In this document: positions 40,733 through 52,163 of the stretch, one piece after another
How positions within the stretch are numbered: the first letter of the stretch is position 1
Layout: every line of letters begins with the position of its first letter
Assembly (NCBI GenBank): GCA_003283875.1
Contig: QBXD01000003.1
Location: 448-64,447 of the forward strand
Reading direction: 5' to 3'
DNA length: 64,000 bases
From: SAR116 cluster bacterium AG-321-A13
Lineage (GTDB): Bacteria > Pseudomonadota > Alphaproteobacteria > Puniceispirillales > Marisalimonadaceae
Position numbers and translations under genes: made by a program
Notes under the pieces: generated by a model
The model's database searches: none
What the model was told of the DNA's origin: nothing
The model's input: the letters and a program-made list of their open reading frames with translations, nothing else

Positions 40733-42253
40733 ATGGAAGTAAAATCCATACCTAGATTAGAACTAATACAAGTTGCTGAGGCTGTTTCAAGAGAGAAATC
40801 AATTGATAAGGAAGAAGTTATTCTTGCAATGGAAGAAGCTATACAAAAAGCAGCACGGTCAAAATATGGTCTTGAAAGAGATATTCGAGCTAATATAGAC
40901 AGAAAAAATGGATCAATTGATATTTCTCAGTTCACTGAAATAGTTGAAATTATTGAAAACGAATTGACTCAAATGACACTTCAGGAATCTGAAAGAAAAA
41001 ATCTTAATCTCACTATAGGAGAGTTTTATAAGCAATCTCTTCCGCCTATTGATTTTGGACGAATTGCGGCCCAAACAGCTAAACAAGTTATATCTCAAAA
41101 AGTTAGAGAAGCTGAGCGTCAAAGACAATATTATGAATACAAAGATCGTGTTGGTGAGATTGTTGTTGGTACAATTAAGAGAGTTGAAAATCACTCAATT
41201 ACAATTGATCTTGGAAGAGCTGAGGCAATAATTAAAAAAGATCAAATGATACCTAGAGAGCAACTTAAACCTGGAGAAAGATTAAGATGTTTTATAATTC
41301 AAGTAACTCAAGAAATAAAAGGTCCACAAATCTTCTTATCGAGAGCATGTAACGAGTTTTTATCAGCTCTATTTACTCAAGAAGTACCTGAAATTTATGA
41401 TGGAATCATTGAAGTCAAGGGTGTTGCGAGGGAACCTGGTAGCAGAGCTAAAATTTCGGCATTCTCAAATGACCCTAGTATTGATCCTGTTGGTGCATGT
41501 GTTGGAATGAGAGGATCCAGGGTCCAAGCTGTCGTAAACGAACTTCAAGGTGAAAAAATTGAAATTATTCCGTGGTCAGATGATCCTGTATCATTTGTTA
41601 TTAATGCTTTAGCACCTGCTGTGCCTTCAAAAGTTGTTATGGATGAAGATGCAGGTAGAATGGAAGTAGTTGTCCCCGATGATCAGCTATCTTTAGCAAT
41701 AGGTAGAAGAGGTCAAAATGTAAGATTAGCTTCTCAGTTAACTAATTGGTTTGTTGACATATTAACTGAAGCAGAAGAAACAGAAAAACGGCAAGAAGAA
41801 TTTAGTGAGAGAAGTAAGATTTTTATTGAAGCTTTAGATATTGATGACGTCATAGCCCATTTAATGGTAAGTGAAGGATTTGTATCAGTATCTGATATAG
41901 CAGATGCCTCAATAGAAGAATTAGTTGCTATCGAAGGTTTTGATGATGAAATTGCTGCTGAATTAAGTGAAAGAGCTAAGAACTTTGTTACAATTGAAAA
42001 TGAACGTATTGAAAGTTCACTTAGAAAACATAAAATAAATGATGATTTATATAATTTTGAAGATCTTAGTAAGTTAAGCCTTCTAAAACTAGTTGAAAAT
42101 AATATAAAAACTTTGGACGATCTTGCTGAGTTAGATAGTGAGGAATTATTTAATATTTTAGGTGCAAGTGTTTTTCTAAATGAGGATGATGCAGGCTCAG
42201 TGATTATGAAGGCAAGACAGCATTGGTTCTCTGACGAAAATATAGAAAATTAA
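40733..42253 (+). CDS. nusA: Transcription termination/antitermination factor NusA
   Basis: FGRIAAQTAKQVI, FTQEVPEI, AREPGSRAK, GACVGMRGSRV, AIGRRGQNVRLA; acidic C-terminal repeats. Confidence 0.98.
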   Translation: MEVKSIPRLELIQVAEAVSREKSIDKEEVILAMEEAIQKAARSKYGLERDIRANIDRKNGSIDISQFTEIVEIIENELTQMTLQESERKNLNLTIGEFYKQSLPPIDFGRIAAQTAKQVISQKVREAERQRQYYEYKDRVGEIVVGTIKRVENHSITIDLGRAEAIIKKDQMIPREQLKPGERLRCFIIQVTQEIKGPQIFLSRACNEFLSALFTQEVPEIYDGIIEVKGVAREPGSRAKISAFSNDPSIDPVGACVGMRGSRVQAVVNELQGEKIEIIPWSDDPVSFVINALAPAVPSKVVMDEDAGRMEVVVPDDQLSLAIGRRGQNVRLASQLTNWFVDILTEAEETEKRQEEFSERSKIFIEALDIDDVIAHLMVSEGFVSVSDIADASIEELVAIEGFDDEIAAELSERAKNFVTIENERIESSLRKHKINDDLYNFEDLSKLSLLKLVENNIKTLDDLAELDSEELFNILGASVFLNEDDAGSVIMKARQHWFSDENIEN

Positions 42254-42277
42254 GTTATAATTTAAGGAATTGCAGCC

Positions 42278-44854
42278 ATGGAAGAAAATACAAAGGGTGA
42301 AAGAAAAAAGTTAAGTCTTTCCTCAGGTGGAAAATTAACATTAAAGAATTCTGTTTCGTCATCTAAGTCTTCCAATAGCATTACTACAAACTCTAGAGCT
42401 GGAAGAGGCACGGTACAGGTTGAAGTTAAAAGAACAAAGAGACTATCAACTAGGCTTAACATCAATGAAAAAATTATTGAAAGAAATAATACTGAAAACA
42501 GTTCTGGACTAAGTGCTAAAGAAATCCAATCAAGAAGTAAGATGTTACAGGAGGGTCTAGCAAAGACAGCAGCTGAAGCTGAAATAATTGCCGCCGAAAA
42601 GGTTGAAAAGGCGAAATTAGAGGAAGCACGTATAGCCGCTACTGCATTAGAAGCCTTAGAAGCTGCATCATCTCTTGCGCCAAAGGATAAGATACTTGCT
42701 AGAAGAAAATCAGAAACCGAAGAGATACTTGAAATTAAAAAAATTGAAGAAGAGCAAAAACAAGTTCAGATTGATGCAAAAAAGTCTGAAGAAGCTGCTC
42801 TTCTAGCTGAAAGGGAAAGGCAAAAATTAGCTGATACTGAATTATTGCCAAATAATAAATTATGGACAGGAAACAAAGTTCAAGAAAAGGAAATATTTAG
42901 GGAAAATGTTAAAAAAACATCATTTAACAGAGGATTTCAAGAAAAAAGACAAGGAAAAATGACAATAGCTCGAGCTTTAGATTCAGACAATGTAAGGGTT
43001 AGATCTTTAGCGTCAATCAAAAGAAGACGTGAAAAGGCAAGGTTGCAAGCAGACCAAACACCTGCTGTAAAACAGTTTAGAGAAGTTACAATACCTGACA
43101 CAATTACGGTCTCAGAATTAGCCAACAGAATGACTGAAAAAACAGCTGATGTTGTAAGAGAGTTAATGAAAAATGGTATTATGGCAACAGCAACTGAAGT
43201 TATAGATTCGGAAACAGCAGAGCTTATTACAACAGAATTTGGTCATAAACCAAAAAGAATTTCAGAATCTGATGTAGAATTAGATCTAATAATTGAAGAA
43301 AGTAATCCTAAAAATCTTTCTTTGAGACCACCTATTGTAACAATAATGGGGCATGTGGATCACGGTAAAACTTCTTTATTGGACGCTTTAAGAGAAAGCA
43401 AGGTTGCGGATGGTGAAGCGGGAGGAATAACCCAACATATAGGCGCTTACCAAATTACCACAAAATCTAGGACTCAAATTTCATTTATAGATACTCCTGG
43501 TCATGAAGCATTTTCTGAAATGAGAGCAAGGGGAGCTAATGTTACAGATATCGTTATATTAGTTGTTGCAGCTGATGACGGTATTAAACCTCAAACTATT
43601 GAAGCAATTAAACATGCTAAAGCTGCTTCTTGTCCTATTATAGTTGCTGTTAATAAATGTGACAAGCCTGAGGCAAACCCACAAAAAGTAAGAACTGAAT
43701 TACTGCAACATGATCTCATACCTGAAGAAATGGGTGGAGATATTCAATGTATCGATGTTTCTGCAAAAAACAAAACAGGACTTGATAATCTGCTTGAAGC
43801 GATTGAATTACAATCAGACTTAATGGAGCTAAAGAGTGATGCTACAATAAATGCTAATGGTGTTGTTATTGAATCTAAGGTTGAAAGAGGAAAAGGTTCT
43901 GTAATAACCTTGCTTATTAAGTCTGGTACTTTAAAAGTTGGAGACATTATAGTTGTTGGAAGTGAATCAGGTAAAGTGAGAGCCTTACTCAATGATGTAG
44001 GGAAAAGAATAACCAACGCAGGCCCTTCTATGCCAGTTGAAGTTTTAGGTTTGTCAGGCACTCCTGATGCTGGTGATTTAGCCCATGTAGTAGAATCAGA
44101 ATCAAGAGCTAGAGAAATAGCTGAATATAGATCTAGAAAATTAAAACAAAAAGAGGCAACTTTATCAGCAAGAGGTTCTGTTGAACAAATGTTAGCTAAT
44201 ATACAAGCTGGGGAGTCAACTGAACTACCTGTTATTATTAAAACTGATGTTCATGGATCCCTTGAAGCTATAAAAGTTGCTTTGGATAAATTAGGTAACT
44301 CACTAGTTAAAATAAGAGTTTTATCTGGAGCAGTAGGAGCTATTAGTGAATCTGACATAACTTTAGCTTCTGCCTCTTCAGCACTTGTGTTTGCCTTTAA
44401 TGTAAGAGCTATTCCACAAGCAAGGGAACTGTCCAGGAGAGATAATATAGAGATAAGATATCATTCTATCATTTACGAATTGATTGAAGACGCGAAATTA
44501 GCCCTTACAGGTATGCTTGACCCTGATTTGCAAGAAACATTTATTGGTTATGCTGAAATTAGAAAGATATTCTCTGTATCTAAAATTGGCAAAATTGCTG
44601 GTTGTTTTGTTTATGAAGGAATAGTAAAGAAAGGGTGTAGTTTTAGATTACTAAGGGATAACACAGTGGTTCATCAAGGTATGCTCAAAACGTTAAGAAG
44701 ATTCAAAGACGAAGTTAAAGAAGTTCGCGAAGGAACAGAATGTGGAATGGGCTTTGAAAATTATAATGATATTCAAGAAGGTGACGTAATGGAATGTTTT
44801 GAAGTTAAAGAGGTAGCTCGAAGTTTGGAGTCAGTCGGTAAAAAAGTTGGATAG
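42278..44854 (+). CDS. infB: Translation initiation factor IF-2
   Basis: MGHVDHGKTSLLD, GGITQHIGAY, DTPGHEAF, NKCD, ECG. Confidence 0.98.
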   Translation: MEENTKGERKKLSLSSGGKLTLKNSVSSSKSSNSITTNSRAGRGTVQVEVKRTKRLSTRLNINEKIIERNNTENSSGLSAKEIQSRSKMLQEGLAKTAAEAEIIAAEKVEKAKLEEARIAATALEALEAASSLAPKDKILARRKSETEEILEIKKIEEEQKQVQIDAKKSEEAALLAERERQKLADTELLPNNKLWTGNKVQEKEIFRENVKKTSFNRGFQEKRQGKMTIARALDSDNVRVRSLASIKRRREKARLQADQTPAVKQFREVTIPDTITVSELANRMTEKTADVVRELMKNGIMATATEVIDSETAELITTEFGHKPKRISESDVELDLIIEESNPKNLSLRPPIVTIMGHVDHGKTSLLDALRESKVADGEAGGITQHIGAYQITTKSRTQISFIDTPGHEAFSEMRARGANVTDIVILVVAADDGIKPQTIEAIKHAKAASCPIIVAVNKCDKPEANPQKVRTELLQHDLIPEEMGGDIQCIDVSAKNKTGLDNLLEAIELQSDLMELKSDATINANGVVIESKVERGKGSVITLLIKSGTLKVGDIIVVGSESGKVRALLNDVGKRITNAGPSMPVEVLGLSGTPDAGDLAHVVESESRAREIAEYRSRKLKQKEATLSARGSVEQMLANIQAGESTELPVIIKTDVHGSLEAIKVALDKLGNSLVKIRVLSGAVGAISESDITLASASSALVFAFNVRAIPQARELSRRDNIEIRYHSIIYELIEDAKLALTGMLDPDLQETFIGYAEIRKIFSVSKIGKIAGCFVYEGIVKKGCSFRLLRDNTVVHQGMLKTLRRFKDEVKEVREGTECGMGFENYNDIQEGDVMECFEVKEVARSLESVGKKVG

Positions 44855-44862
44855 TTATTCTA

Positions 44863-45261
44863 ATGGTTAATAACTTTGACTATAAAATAAATAGTAAATC
44901 TAAAAATAATTCAACTAAATCACAAAGACAACTTAGAGTTGGGGAAGAACTTAGGCATTTAATATCAAACGCATTACTTCGTGAGTCCTTTTATGATCAG
45001 ATTATTGAGAATAATACAATAACTATTACAGAAGTAAATGTAAGTCCTGATTTAAAAAATGCTAAAGTTTATATAATGCCTTTAGGTGGCGAAAATAAGT
45101 TTGAAGTATTAGATAGTCTGAATAAATCAAATGGACGCATAAAAAAAATAATTTCAAGTAATATTAATTTAAGGCAAATTCCTAAATTACAATTTAAAAT
45201 AGATGAAACTTTTGAATATGCTAAAAACATAGAAAATATTTTGCAAAAGATTAAAAAATAA
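44863..45261 (+). CDS. rbfA: Ribosome-binding factor A
   Basis: QRQLRVGEELR, ITEVNVSPDLKNAKVY, PKLQFKID. Confidence 0.95.
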   Translation: MVNNFDYKINSKSKNNSTKSQRQLRVGEELRHLISNALLRESFYDQIIENNTITITEVNVSPDLKNAKVYIMPLGGENKFEVLDSLNKSNGRIKKIISSNINLRQIPKLQFKIDETFEYAKNIENILQKIKK

Positions 45262-45284
45262 AACTTCTATTTTAATAAATAAGG

Positions 45285-46220
45285 TTGGTAATTATTAATA
45301 ATATTAATGGTTGGATATTACTAGATAAGCAACTCGGAGTTACATCTCGTCAAGTTGTTACCAAAATTTCAAAAATATTTAATATTAAAAAAGTTGGACA
45401 TGCTGGTACCCTTGATCCTATGGCAACGGGTGTGTTGCCTATAGCAGTAGGAGAAGCAACAAAATGCATATCATTTATTCAGAATAAAATTAAAAGATAT
45501 TCTTTTACTGTTAAATGGGGTGAAACAACAAATACAGACGACTTAGAAGGAACAGTTTTAGAAAAATCAAATGTAAGACCTACTAAAAACCAAGTGCTCG
45601 ATATATTAAATTCATTTACGGGTAAAGTGTTTCAACAGCCTCCTGCTTTTTCAGCAATTAAAATTGACGGTAAACGTTCTTACAAACTAGCTAGAAACAA
45701 CATAATTGTTAAACATCAACCGAGAGAAGTAGAGATACATAAGTTAAGTTTAAAAAAGATTGAAAATTCAGATTTTGCTGAATTTGAAGTTTTATGTGGT
45801 AAAGGAACATATGTAAGGTCATTAGCTAAAGATATTGCTGAAAAACTAAATACAAAAGGACATGTTACAGCTATTAGAAGACACTCGGTAGGGAAATTCA
45901 GTGAAAAAGATACGATTTTTATAGATTTTTTTAAAGAAATAATACATAGTCCATCAATTTTAAAAAAAATGTTACCAATTGAAGCTGTGCTAGACGACAT
46001 CCCGGCATTAGCTCTGAACGAAATAGAGGCGAGGAAGTTAAAGCTAGGACAAAAAATTCAATTTAATTCTTTAGAATTTAAAAATAAATTTCTTAACAAA
46101 CATCCAAATTTTCAAGAATTTGAGAAATTATGTGCTATTAGAAACAATAGTCTAATAGCTCTAGTTAAAATTGAGACTGACTTAGTTAAACCAAAACGCA
46201 TAATTAATACATATAAATAG
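45285..46220 (+). CDS. truB: tRNA pseudouridine(55) synthase
   Basis: LLDK, KVGHAGTLDPMATGVLP, PPAFSAIKIDG, CGKGTYVRSL. Confidence 0.96.
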   Translation: MVIINNINGWILLDKQLGVTSRQVVTKISKIFNIKKVGHAGTLDPMATGVLPIAVGEATKCISFIQNKIKRYSFTVKWGETTNTDDLEGTVLEKSNVRPTKNQVLDILNSFTGKVFQQPPAFSAIKIDGKRSYKLARNNIIVKHQPREVEIHKLSLKKIENSDFAEFEVLCGKGTYVRSLAKDIAEKLNTKGHVTAIRRHSVGKFSEKDTIFIDFFKEIIHSPSILKKMLPIEAVLDDIPALALNEIEARKLKLGQKIQFNSLEFKNKFLNKHPNFQEFEKLCAIRNNSLIALVKIETDLVKPKRIINTYK

Positions 46221-46232
46221 AAGGGAAATACG

Positions 46233-46502
46233 GTGTCGATAGAAAAGAATAAAACACTCGCATTAATTAAAGACTTTGGAAATAGCAAGACAGACTCTGG
46301 TTCAGCTGATGTTCAAGTAGCTATTTTGACTGAAAGAATTAAAAATCTAACCGAACATCTCAAAAATCATAAAAAAGATTTTGGATCACGTCGTGGATTA
46401 TTAAGTATGGTTGGTCAAAGAAGAAATTTATTAAAATATATCAAAAATAAAAACGAAGATCGTTATTTAGCCCTTATTAAAAAATTAGGTTTAAGAAGAT
46501 AA
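46233..46502 (+). CDS. rpsO: 30S ribosomal protein S15
   Basis: [36 protein letters not shown]; GTG start. Confidence 0.98.
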   Translation: MSIEKNKTLALIKDFGNSKTDSGSADVQVAILTERIKNLTEHLKNHKKDFGSRRGLLSMVGQRRNLLKYIKNKNEDRYLALIKKLGLRR

Positions 46503-46578
46503 TTGTATAAAATACATAGTTACGTTTTTAAGAATGTATAAATTGAAAGAGTTTAAGAAGTAGGTAGAGGATATTATT

Positions 46579-48690
46579 ATGTTTGAAGTTTATAGAAAAG
46601 AAGTCCAATGGGGTGGTAAATTATTAACATTTGAAACTGGAAAGATTGCTCGCCAAGCAGATGGTGCAGTTATGGTTACTTATGGTGGCACTACCGTCTT
46701 ATGTACTGCAGTTGGTGCTTCAACTGCGAAACCTGGAATAGATTTTTTCCCTCTTACCGTTAATTATCAAGAAAAAACATTTGCTGCTGGTAGAATACCG
46801 GGCGGTTTTTTTAAAAGAGAAGGAAGACCCTCAGAAAAAGAAACATTAGTTTCAAGATTAATAGACAGACCGATTAGACCGTTATTTCATAAAAATTATA
46901 AAAATGAAACACAAGTTATTGCGACAGTTCTTGCTCACGATATGGAAAATGATCCCGATATAGTTGCTATATTAGGTTCTTCTGCGGCTTTAACAATCTC
47001 AGGACTACCATTTATGGGACCAATTGGTGCTTGTCGAGTTGGTTGGGATGGAGATAATTATATTTTGAATCCAACGACAGTACAAATGAAAGAAACAAGT
47101 TTAGACTTGGTTGTTGCTGGCACAACTGATGGTGTCTTAATGGTTGAATCAGAAGCATCTGAGCTATCTGAAGAAATAATGTTAGGAGCAGTTGATTATG
47201 GTCATAGCGAAATAGAACATGTAATAAAAGCTATAATAGACTTAGCCGAAGTTGCTGCTAAAGAACCAAGACCTTTACCAGAAGAGCCAAAAGAAAAAGA
47301 TGAATATCTAAAAAAGATCACGCCATTTAGAAAAAAGTTTGAGAAGGCCTATAAGGAAATTGATAAATCAAATAGATCTAAAATGTTATCTCATATAAGG
47401 AATGAGATAGTTTTAGAATTTGGTGAGTTAGCTAATTCTACACTTTTATCATCTTTAACAAAAGATATAGAGGCTGATATTGTTAGAGGTAGTATCTTAA
47501 AAACTAAAAGAAGAATTGATGGTAGAGATACTAAAACAGTTAGATCAATAGTAGCTGAGGTTGGAACTTTACCAAGAGCACATGGTTCAGCGCTATTTAC
47601 TAGAGGAGAAACACAAGCTTTAGTTGTAGCTACCTTAGGAACTGGTCAAGACGAACAAATAATTGATGCTTTGGAAGGTGAATATAGGTCAAAGTTTATG
47701 TTGCACTATAATTTTCCTCCATATTCTGTTGGTGAAGCAGGTAGAGTAGGATCTCCTGGTAGAAGAGAAGTAGGGCACGGAAAGTTAGCATGGAGAGCTG
47801 TTAACCCTTTATTACCTTCAGGTGACGATTTTCCTTATACAGTAAGAATTGTTTCTGAAGTGACTGAATCGAACGGCTCATCCTCAATGGCTACCGTATG
47901 CGGTACCTCACTTGCTTTGATGGATGCTGGTGTTCCAATAAAAAAACCTGTTGCAGGAATAGCTATGGGATTGATTAAAGAAAAAAAAGAATTTTCAGTT
48001 TTATCAGATATTTTAGGTGACGAAGATCATTTAGGTGATATGGACTTTAAAGTTGCTGGAACTGAAGATGGTATTACAAGTCTTCAAATGGATATTAAAA
48101 TCACATCTATAACTAAAGAAATAATGGAAATTGCCTTACAGCAAGCCAAAGAAGGTAGAATTCACATATTAAATGAAATGGGTAAAGCTATAGGATCTTC
48201 TAGAGAAGTTTTAGCTGATTCTGCTCCAAAAATTACCACTATGAAAGTGAAACTAGAAAAAATTCGCGATATTATTGGACCTGGTGGCAAAATGATTAGA
48301 GAAATATGCGAAACTACAGGAGCTAAGGTAGATATTGAAGATGATGGCACAATTAAGATTGCTGCTTCAGACACAGCATCTTCCCAAGCGGCGCAAAAGA
48401 GAATCAACGACATTGTTGCTGAAGCAGAATTAGGAGTTATATACACTGGAAAAGTTGTAAAAACAGTTGACTTTGGAGCGTTTGTAAATTTTCTTGGAAC
48501 AAAAGATGGATTAGTTCATATATCAGAATTGCAAAATGCACGAACTGAGAGAACCACTGATATCTGTAAAGAAGGTGACGAAGTTAAAGTTAAGGTCATA
48601 GGTTTTGATGATAGGGGTAAAGTCAAATTATCTATGAAACGAGTTGACCAAGATACTGGTGAAGATATAGAAAATAAAAAAGAAGATTAG
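46579..48690 (+). CDS. pnp: Polyribonucleotide nucleotidyltransferase
   Basis: [50 protein letters not shown]; KH and S1 domains. Confidence 0.99.
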   Translation: MFEVYRKEVQWGGKLLTFETGKIARQADGAVMVTYGGTTVLCTAVGASTAKPGIDFFPLTVNYQEKTFAAGRIPGGFFKREGRPSEKETLVSRLIDRPIRPLFHKNYKNETQVIATVLAHDMENDPDIVAILGSSAALTISGLPFMGPIGACRVGWDGDNYILNPTTVQMKETSLDLVVAGTTDGVLMVESEASELSEEIMLGAVDYGHSEIEHVIKAIIDLAEVAAKEPRPLPEEPKEKDEYLKKITPFRKKFEKAYKEIDKSNRSKMLSHIRNEIVLEFGELANSTLLSSLTKDIEADIVRGSILKTKRRIDGRDTKTVRSIVAEVGTLPRAHGSALFTRGETQALVVATLGTGQDEQIIDALEGEYRSKFMLHYNFPPYSVGEAGRVGSPGRREVGHGKLAWRAVNPLLPSGDDFPYTVRIVSEVTESNGSSSMATVCGTSLALMDAGVPIKKPVAGIAMGLIKEKKEFSVLSDILGDEDHLGDMDFKVAGTEDGITSLQMDIKITSITKEIMEIALQQAKEGRIHILNEMGKAIGSSREVLADSAPKITTMKVKLEKIRDIIGPGGKMIREICETTGAKVDIEDDGTIKIAASDTASSQAAQKRINDIVAEAELGVIYTGKVVKTVDFGAFVNFLGTKDGLVHISELQNARTERTTDICKEGDEVKVKVIGFDDRGKVKLSMKRVDQDTGEDIENKKED

Positions 48691-48712
48691 TAAGTTATTT
48701 TAGGAGTTGTTT

Positions 48713-49504
48713 ATGAATAATGTAATGCCAAAAAATGAGTTTATCAAATCTTGGTCAGATAATGGCGTAGGATGGGTTCAATTAAACCACGAAAACAAAC
48801 TCAATCCCCTATCAGCGGGCTTTATATTAGCAATAAAGGAAGCTGCTGAGAAATTTGATGATGATTTATCTGTAGGTTGCATTGTTTTGATTGGCTCTGA
48901 AAAAGCATTTGCAGCGGGTGCTGATTTAAAAGAAATGGTCAAGCATAATTATGCATCAGTTTCAGAAACAAGATACATAGAAAATGGATGGCTTGACATA
49001 CCTAAAATTCAAACTCCAATAATAGCAGGTGTTAAAGGATATGCTTTAGGTGGCGGTTGTGAATTGGCAATGATGTGTGATTTCATAATTGCCTCTGAAA
49101 ACGCAAAGTTTGGTCAGCCCGAAATAAATATTGGCGCTATACCTGGTGCAGGAGGAACACAAAGATTGACAAGATCTATTGGCAAATCAAAAGCTATGTT
49201 AGCAATTTTGACTGGAGATATGATGTCTGCTGATGAAGCAGAAAAATCAGGATTAGTAGCTAAAGTTATTAGTAATGACAAATTTGACGTTTCTTTAAAA
49301 GAAATAGCTCAAAAAATTGCCAATCAATCAAAACCTTTAGCCAAATTAGCGAAACAAGCCGTTAATGTTGCATATGAAACAACTCTTGAAGAGGGTATCC
49401 GTTCTGAAAGAGCTTTGTTTTATTCAACTTTTGCACTTGAAGATCATGTTGAAGGCATGGAAGCTTTTTCAGAAAAAAGAAAACCTATTTGGAATAATAA
49501 ATAG
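48713..49504 (+). CDS. Enoyl-CoA hydratase (crotonase family)
   Basis: KAFAAGAD, GYALGGGCELAMMCD, FGQPE, PGAGGTQRL, EGMEAF; AGGAG SD favours ATG 48713. Confidence 0.93.
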   Translation: MNNVMPKNEFIKSWSDNGVGWVQLNHENKLNPLSAGFILAIKEAAEKFDDDLSVGCIVLIGSEKAFAAGADLKEMVKHNYASVSETRYIENGWLDIPKIQTPIIAGVKGYALGGGCELAMMCDFIIASENAKFGQPEINIGAIPGAGGTQRLTRSIGKSKAMLAILTGDMMSADEAEKSGLVAKVISNDKFDVSLKEIAQKIANQSKPLAKLAKQAVNVAYETTLEEGIRSERALFYSTFALEDHVEGMEAFSEKRKPIWNNK

Positions 49505-49511
49505 TTTTAAA

Positions 49512-50315
49512 CTACTCTAGATCATTAGATTTAGGTATAGCTACACTATGTAACCCTCCATCTACGTGATGAATATTCCCTGTTACACCAGATGATAAAT
49601 CTGAGATAAGGTATAAAGCAGAATTACCGATTTCATTTAGCTCAGGATTAAATTTTAATGGCGCCACACTCTCTGAGTATCTATATACATGGCGAGCGCC
49701 AGAAATAGCTGCACCAGCAAGTGTTTTTACTGGACCAGCTGATAAACCATTAACTCTGATATTATTTTTACCTAGATCCATAGCTAAATATTTTATTGAA
49801 GCCTCCAATGCTGACTTTGCTACTCCCATTACATTGTAGTTAGGAGTAGTTCTTTCTGCTCCAAGATAAGATAAAGTTAACAAACTTCCACCTTTAGAAG
49901 ACATAAGAGGAAAAGCTGATTTAGCAGTTCTTGTAAAACTAAAAGCTGATATATCAAGTGAATTTAGAAAGTTTTCTCTACTACAGTTTACGTATTTTCC
50001 TTTTAATTCCTCTTTATCTGAATATGCGAGGGCGTGTACAACAAAATCAATTTCATGCCAAGTTTCTAAAATTTTATTAAACATATTTTCTATAGAGCTT
50101 GTCTCATTAATATCTTTGGACACATCACATTCATAAAATTTATTCGCTTTTATAGAATCCATTAAGGGAATTAATCTTTTTTTAAATCCTTCATTTTGAT
50201 AGGAAAAAGCTAATTCAGCACCATGATCAGCTAAGGCTTTTGCGATGCCCCAGGCTATCGAACGTTCATTAGCAACGCCCATTATAAGCCCTTTTTTACT
50301 TTTCATTATAGACAT
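49512..50315 (-). CDS. fabI: Enoyl-ACP reductase FabI
   Basis: GLIMGVANERSIAWGIA, CDV, YNVMGVAK, SAGPVKTLA, HVDGG. Confidence 0.96.
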   Translation of the reverse strand: MSIMKSKKGLIMGVANERSIAWGIAKALADHGAELAFSYQNEGFKKRLIPLMDSIKANKFYECDVSKDINETSSIENMFNKILETWHEIDFVVHALAYSDKEELKGKYVNCSRENFLNSLDISAFSFTRTAKSAFPLMSSKGGSLLTLSYLGAERTTPNYNVMGVAKSALEASIKYLAMDLGKNNIRVNGLSAGPVKTLAGAAISGARHVYRYSESVAPLKFNPELNEIGNSALYLISDLSSGVTGNIHHVDGGLHSVAIPKSNDLE

Positions 50316-50326
50316 AATATACTTTC

Positions 50327-51556
50327 TTAATTAAATTTAGATAATGCAATACAAGCATTTGTACCTCCAAATCCAAAAGAATTTGAAAGAGCTAAATTAA
50401 TATCAATATTTTTGATGGTTTTTCTAGGTATGTCGATAGAACCTATTTCTGGATCATCATTATCAATATTAGCAGACCCAGAAATAAAATTATTGTTCAT
50501 CATTAGTAATGTATAGATAGCCTCTTGTACGCCAGTGGCTCCTAAAGAGTGGCCTGTTAAGGACTTAGTGCTGGTAAGTCTTGGAAGATAATCTTTATCT
50601 TTAAAAACTTCTCTTACAGCATTAAGCTCCTGCATATCTCCAACTGGAGTACTTGTTCCGTGTGCATTTATATAATCAACCTTTTGATTAGTTTTTGCTA
50701 GAGCTTGTTGCATACATCTAACCGCACCTTCTCCACTTGGCGCAACCATATCATAGCCATCAGAATTTGCGCAATGGCCAACTATTTCCCCATAAATTTT
50801 AGCACCTCTTGCTTTTGCATGTTCAAGTTCTTCTAAAACCAGCATTCCGCCACCTCCTGCAATTACAAATCCATCTCTGTCTAAATCGTAAGGTCTTGAA
50901 GCCAATTCGGGTGTTTCGTTATATTTGCTAGACATTGCACCCATTGCATCAAATAGCACAGAGAGTGTCCAGTCAAGTTCTTCACCGCCTCCTGCAAAAA
51001 CTATGTTTTGATTACCGTATTTAATTTGATCTGCTCCAATACCAATACAATGTGCTGATGTCGAACAGGCAGAAGTAATTGAAAAATTAACACCCTTAAT
51101 TTTAAAAAAGGTAGCAATGCAGGCAGATACTGATGAGCTCATACACCGAGGAACCATAAAAGGACCTACCCTCTTAGGGCCTTTTTCCCTAGCGATATCG
51201 AATGATTGAAGCAAGTTGACAGTACTAGGTCCACCAGAACCAGCAATAAGACCTGTTTTGGGGTTAGATACTTCTTCAGGGGTTAATCCAGCGTTTTTAA
51301 TTGCTTGCTCCATAGAAAGAACTGAATATGCCGCACCTGCACCCATAAACCTAAGTTGTTTTTTTTCAACATGATCTTCTAATTTGAGTTTTACTTCACC
51401 ATGAATTTGACTTCTAAAGCCCATTTCTTTGTAAGTATCAGCTTTAACAATCCCTGATTTTTGACTTACTAGAGAGTCTTTAACTTCTTCTACATTATTA
51501 CCAATAGAGCTAACTATTCCCATACCAGTAATAACAACTCTTTTTTCATTGCTCAT
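50327..51556 (-). CDS. fabB: Beta-ketoacyl-ACP synthase I
   Basis: [47 protein letters not shown]; clustered with fabA. Confidence 0.95.
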   Translation of the reverse strand: MSNEKRVVITGMGIVSSIGNNVEEVKDSLVSQKSGIVKADTYKEMGFRSQIHGEVKLKLEDHVEKKQLRFMGAGAAYSVLSMEQAIKNAGLTPEEVSNPKTGLIAGSGGPSTVNLLQSFDIAREKGPKRVGPFMVPRCMSSSVSACIATFFKIKGVNFSITSACSTSAHCIGIGADQIKYGNQNIVFAGGGEELDWTLSVLFDAMGAMSSKYNETPELASRPYDLDRDGFVIAGGGGMLVLEELEHAKARGAKIYGEIVGHCANSDGYDMVAPSGEGAVRCMQQALAKTNQKVDYINAHGTSTPVGDMQELNAVREVFKDKDYLPRLTSTKSLTGHSLGATGVQEAIYTLLMMNNNFISGSANIDNDDPEIGSIDIPRKTIKNIDINLALSNSFGFGGTNACIALSKFN

Positions 51557-51583
51557 GTTAAATCCTATTTATTTGAGAAATAA

Positions 51584-52090
51584 TTAATCTTGAAAAAGTC
51601 CAACTCTAATATCAGAAGCTTCAAAAACAATCTTATTGTCACAAACCACCCTTCCATCAGCTATGCCTAATATAAGTTTTCTCATTATAATTCTTTTGAA
51701 ATCAAGAAAATATTCTACTTTCTTAGCAATTGGCAATATTTGTCCAGTAAATTTTACTTCTCCAACAGATATTGCTCTCCCTTTTCCTTTTCCACCCATA
51801 TTTCCTAATGAAAAACCTAAAAGTTGCCATAGTGCGTCCATTCCCAAGCATCCTGGCATTACAGGATCATTTTCAAAATGACACGGAAAGAACCACTTAT
51901 CTGGAGTAATTTTAAATTGAGCATGAGCTGTACCTTTATCATAAGTTCCACCAGTTTCTTTAATATTGGTAATTTCATCAAACATAAGCATAGGTGGTAA
52001 GGGGAGTTTAGGAAAATCAACACCTGCTAGTCGCCCTTTAGCGCAATCAATTAATTCATGATAATTGAATGAATTTTTAAATAAAGCCAC
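51584..52090 (-). CDS. fabA: 3-hydroxyacyl-ACP dehydratase/isomerase
   Basis: LPLPPMLMFD, WFFPCHFENDPVMPGCLGMDALWQL, GKGRA, VKFTGQ; GTG start. Confidence 0.96.
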   Translation of the reverse strand: MALFKNSFNYHELIDCAKGRLAGVDFPKLPLPPMLMFDEITNIKETGGTYDKGTAHAQFKITPDKWFFPCHFENDPVMPGCLGMDALWQLLGFSLGNMGGKGKGRAISVGEVKFTGQILPIAKKVEYFLDFKRIIMRKLILGIADGRVVCDNKIVFEASDIRVGLFQD

Positions 52091-52163
52091 TGTAAAACAC
52101 CCTTAACATTATATTTCAAAGCCTATATCAATTCTAAAAGAGAATAAATGAAATAATAATAAA

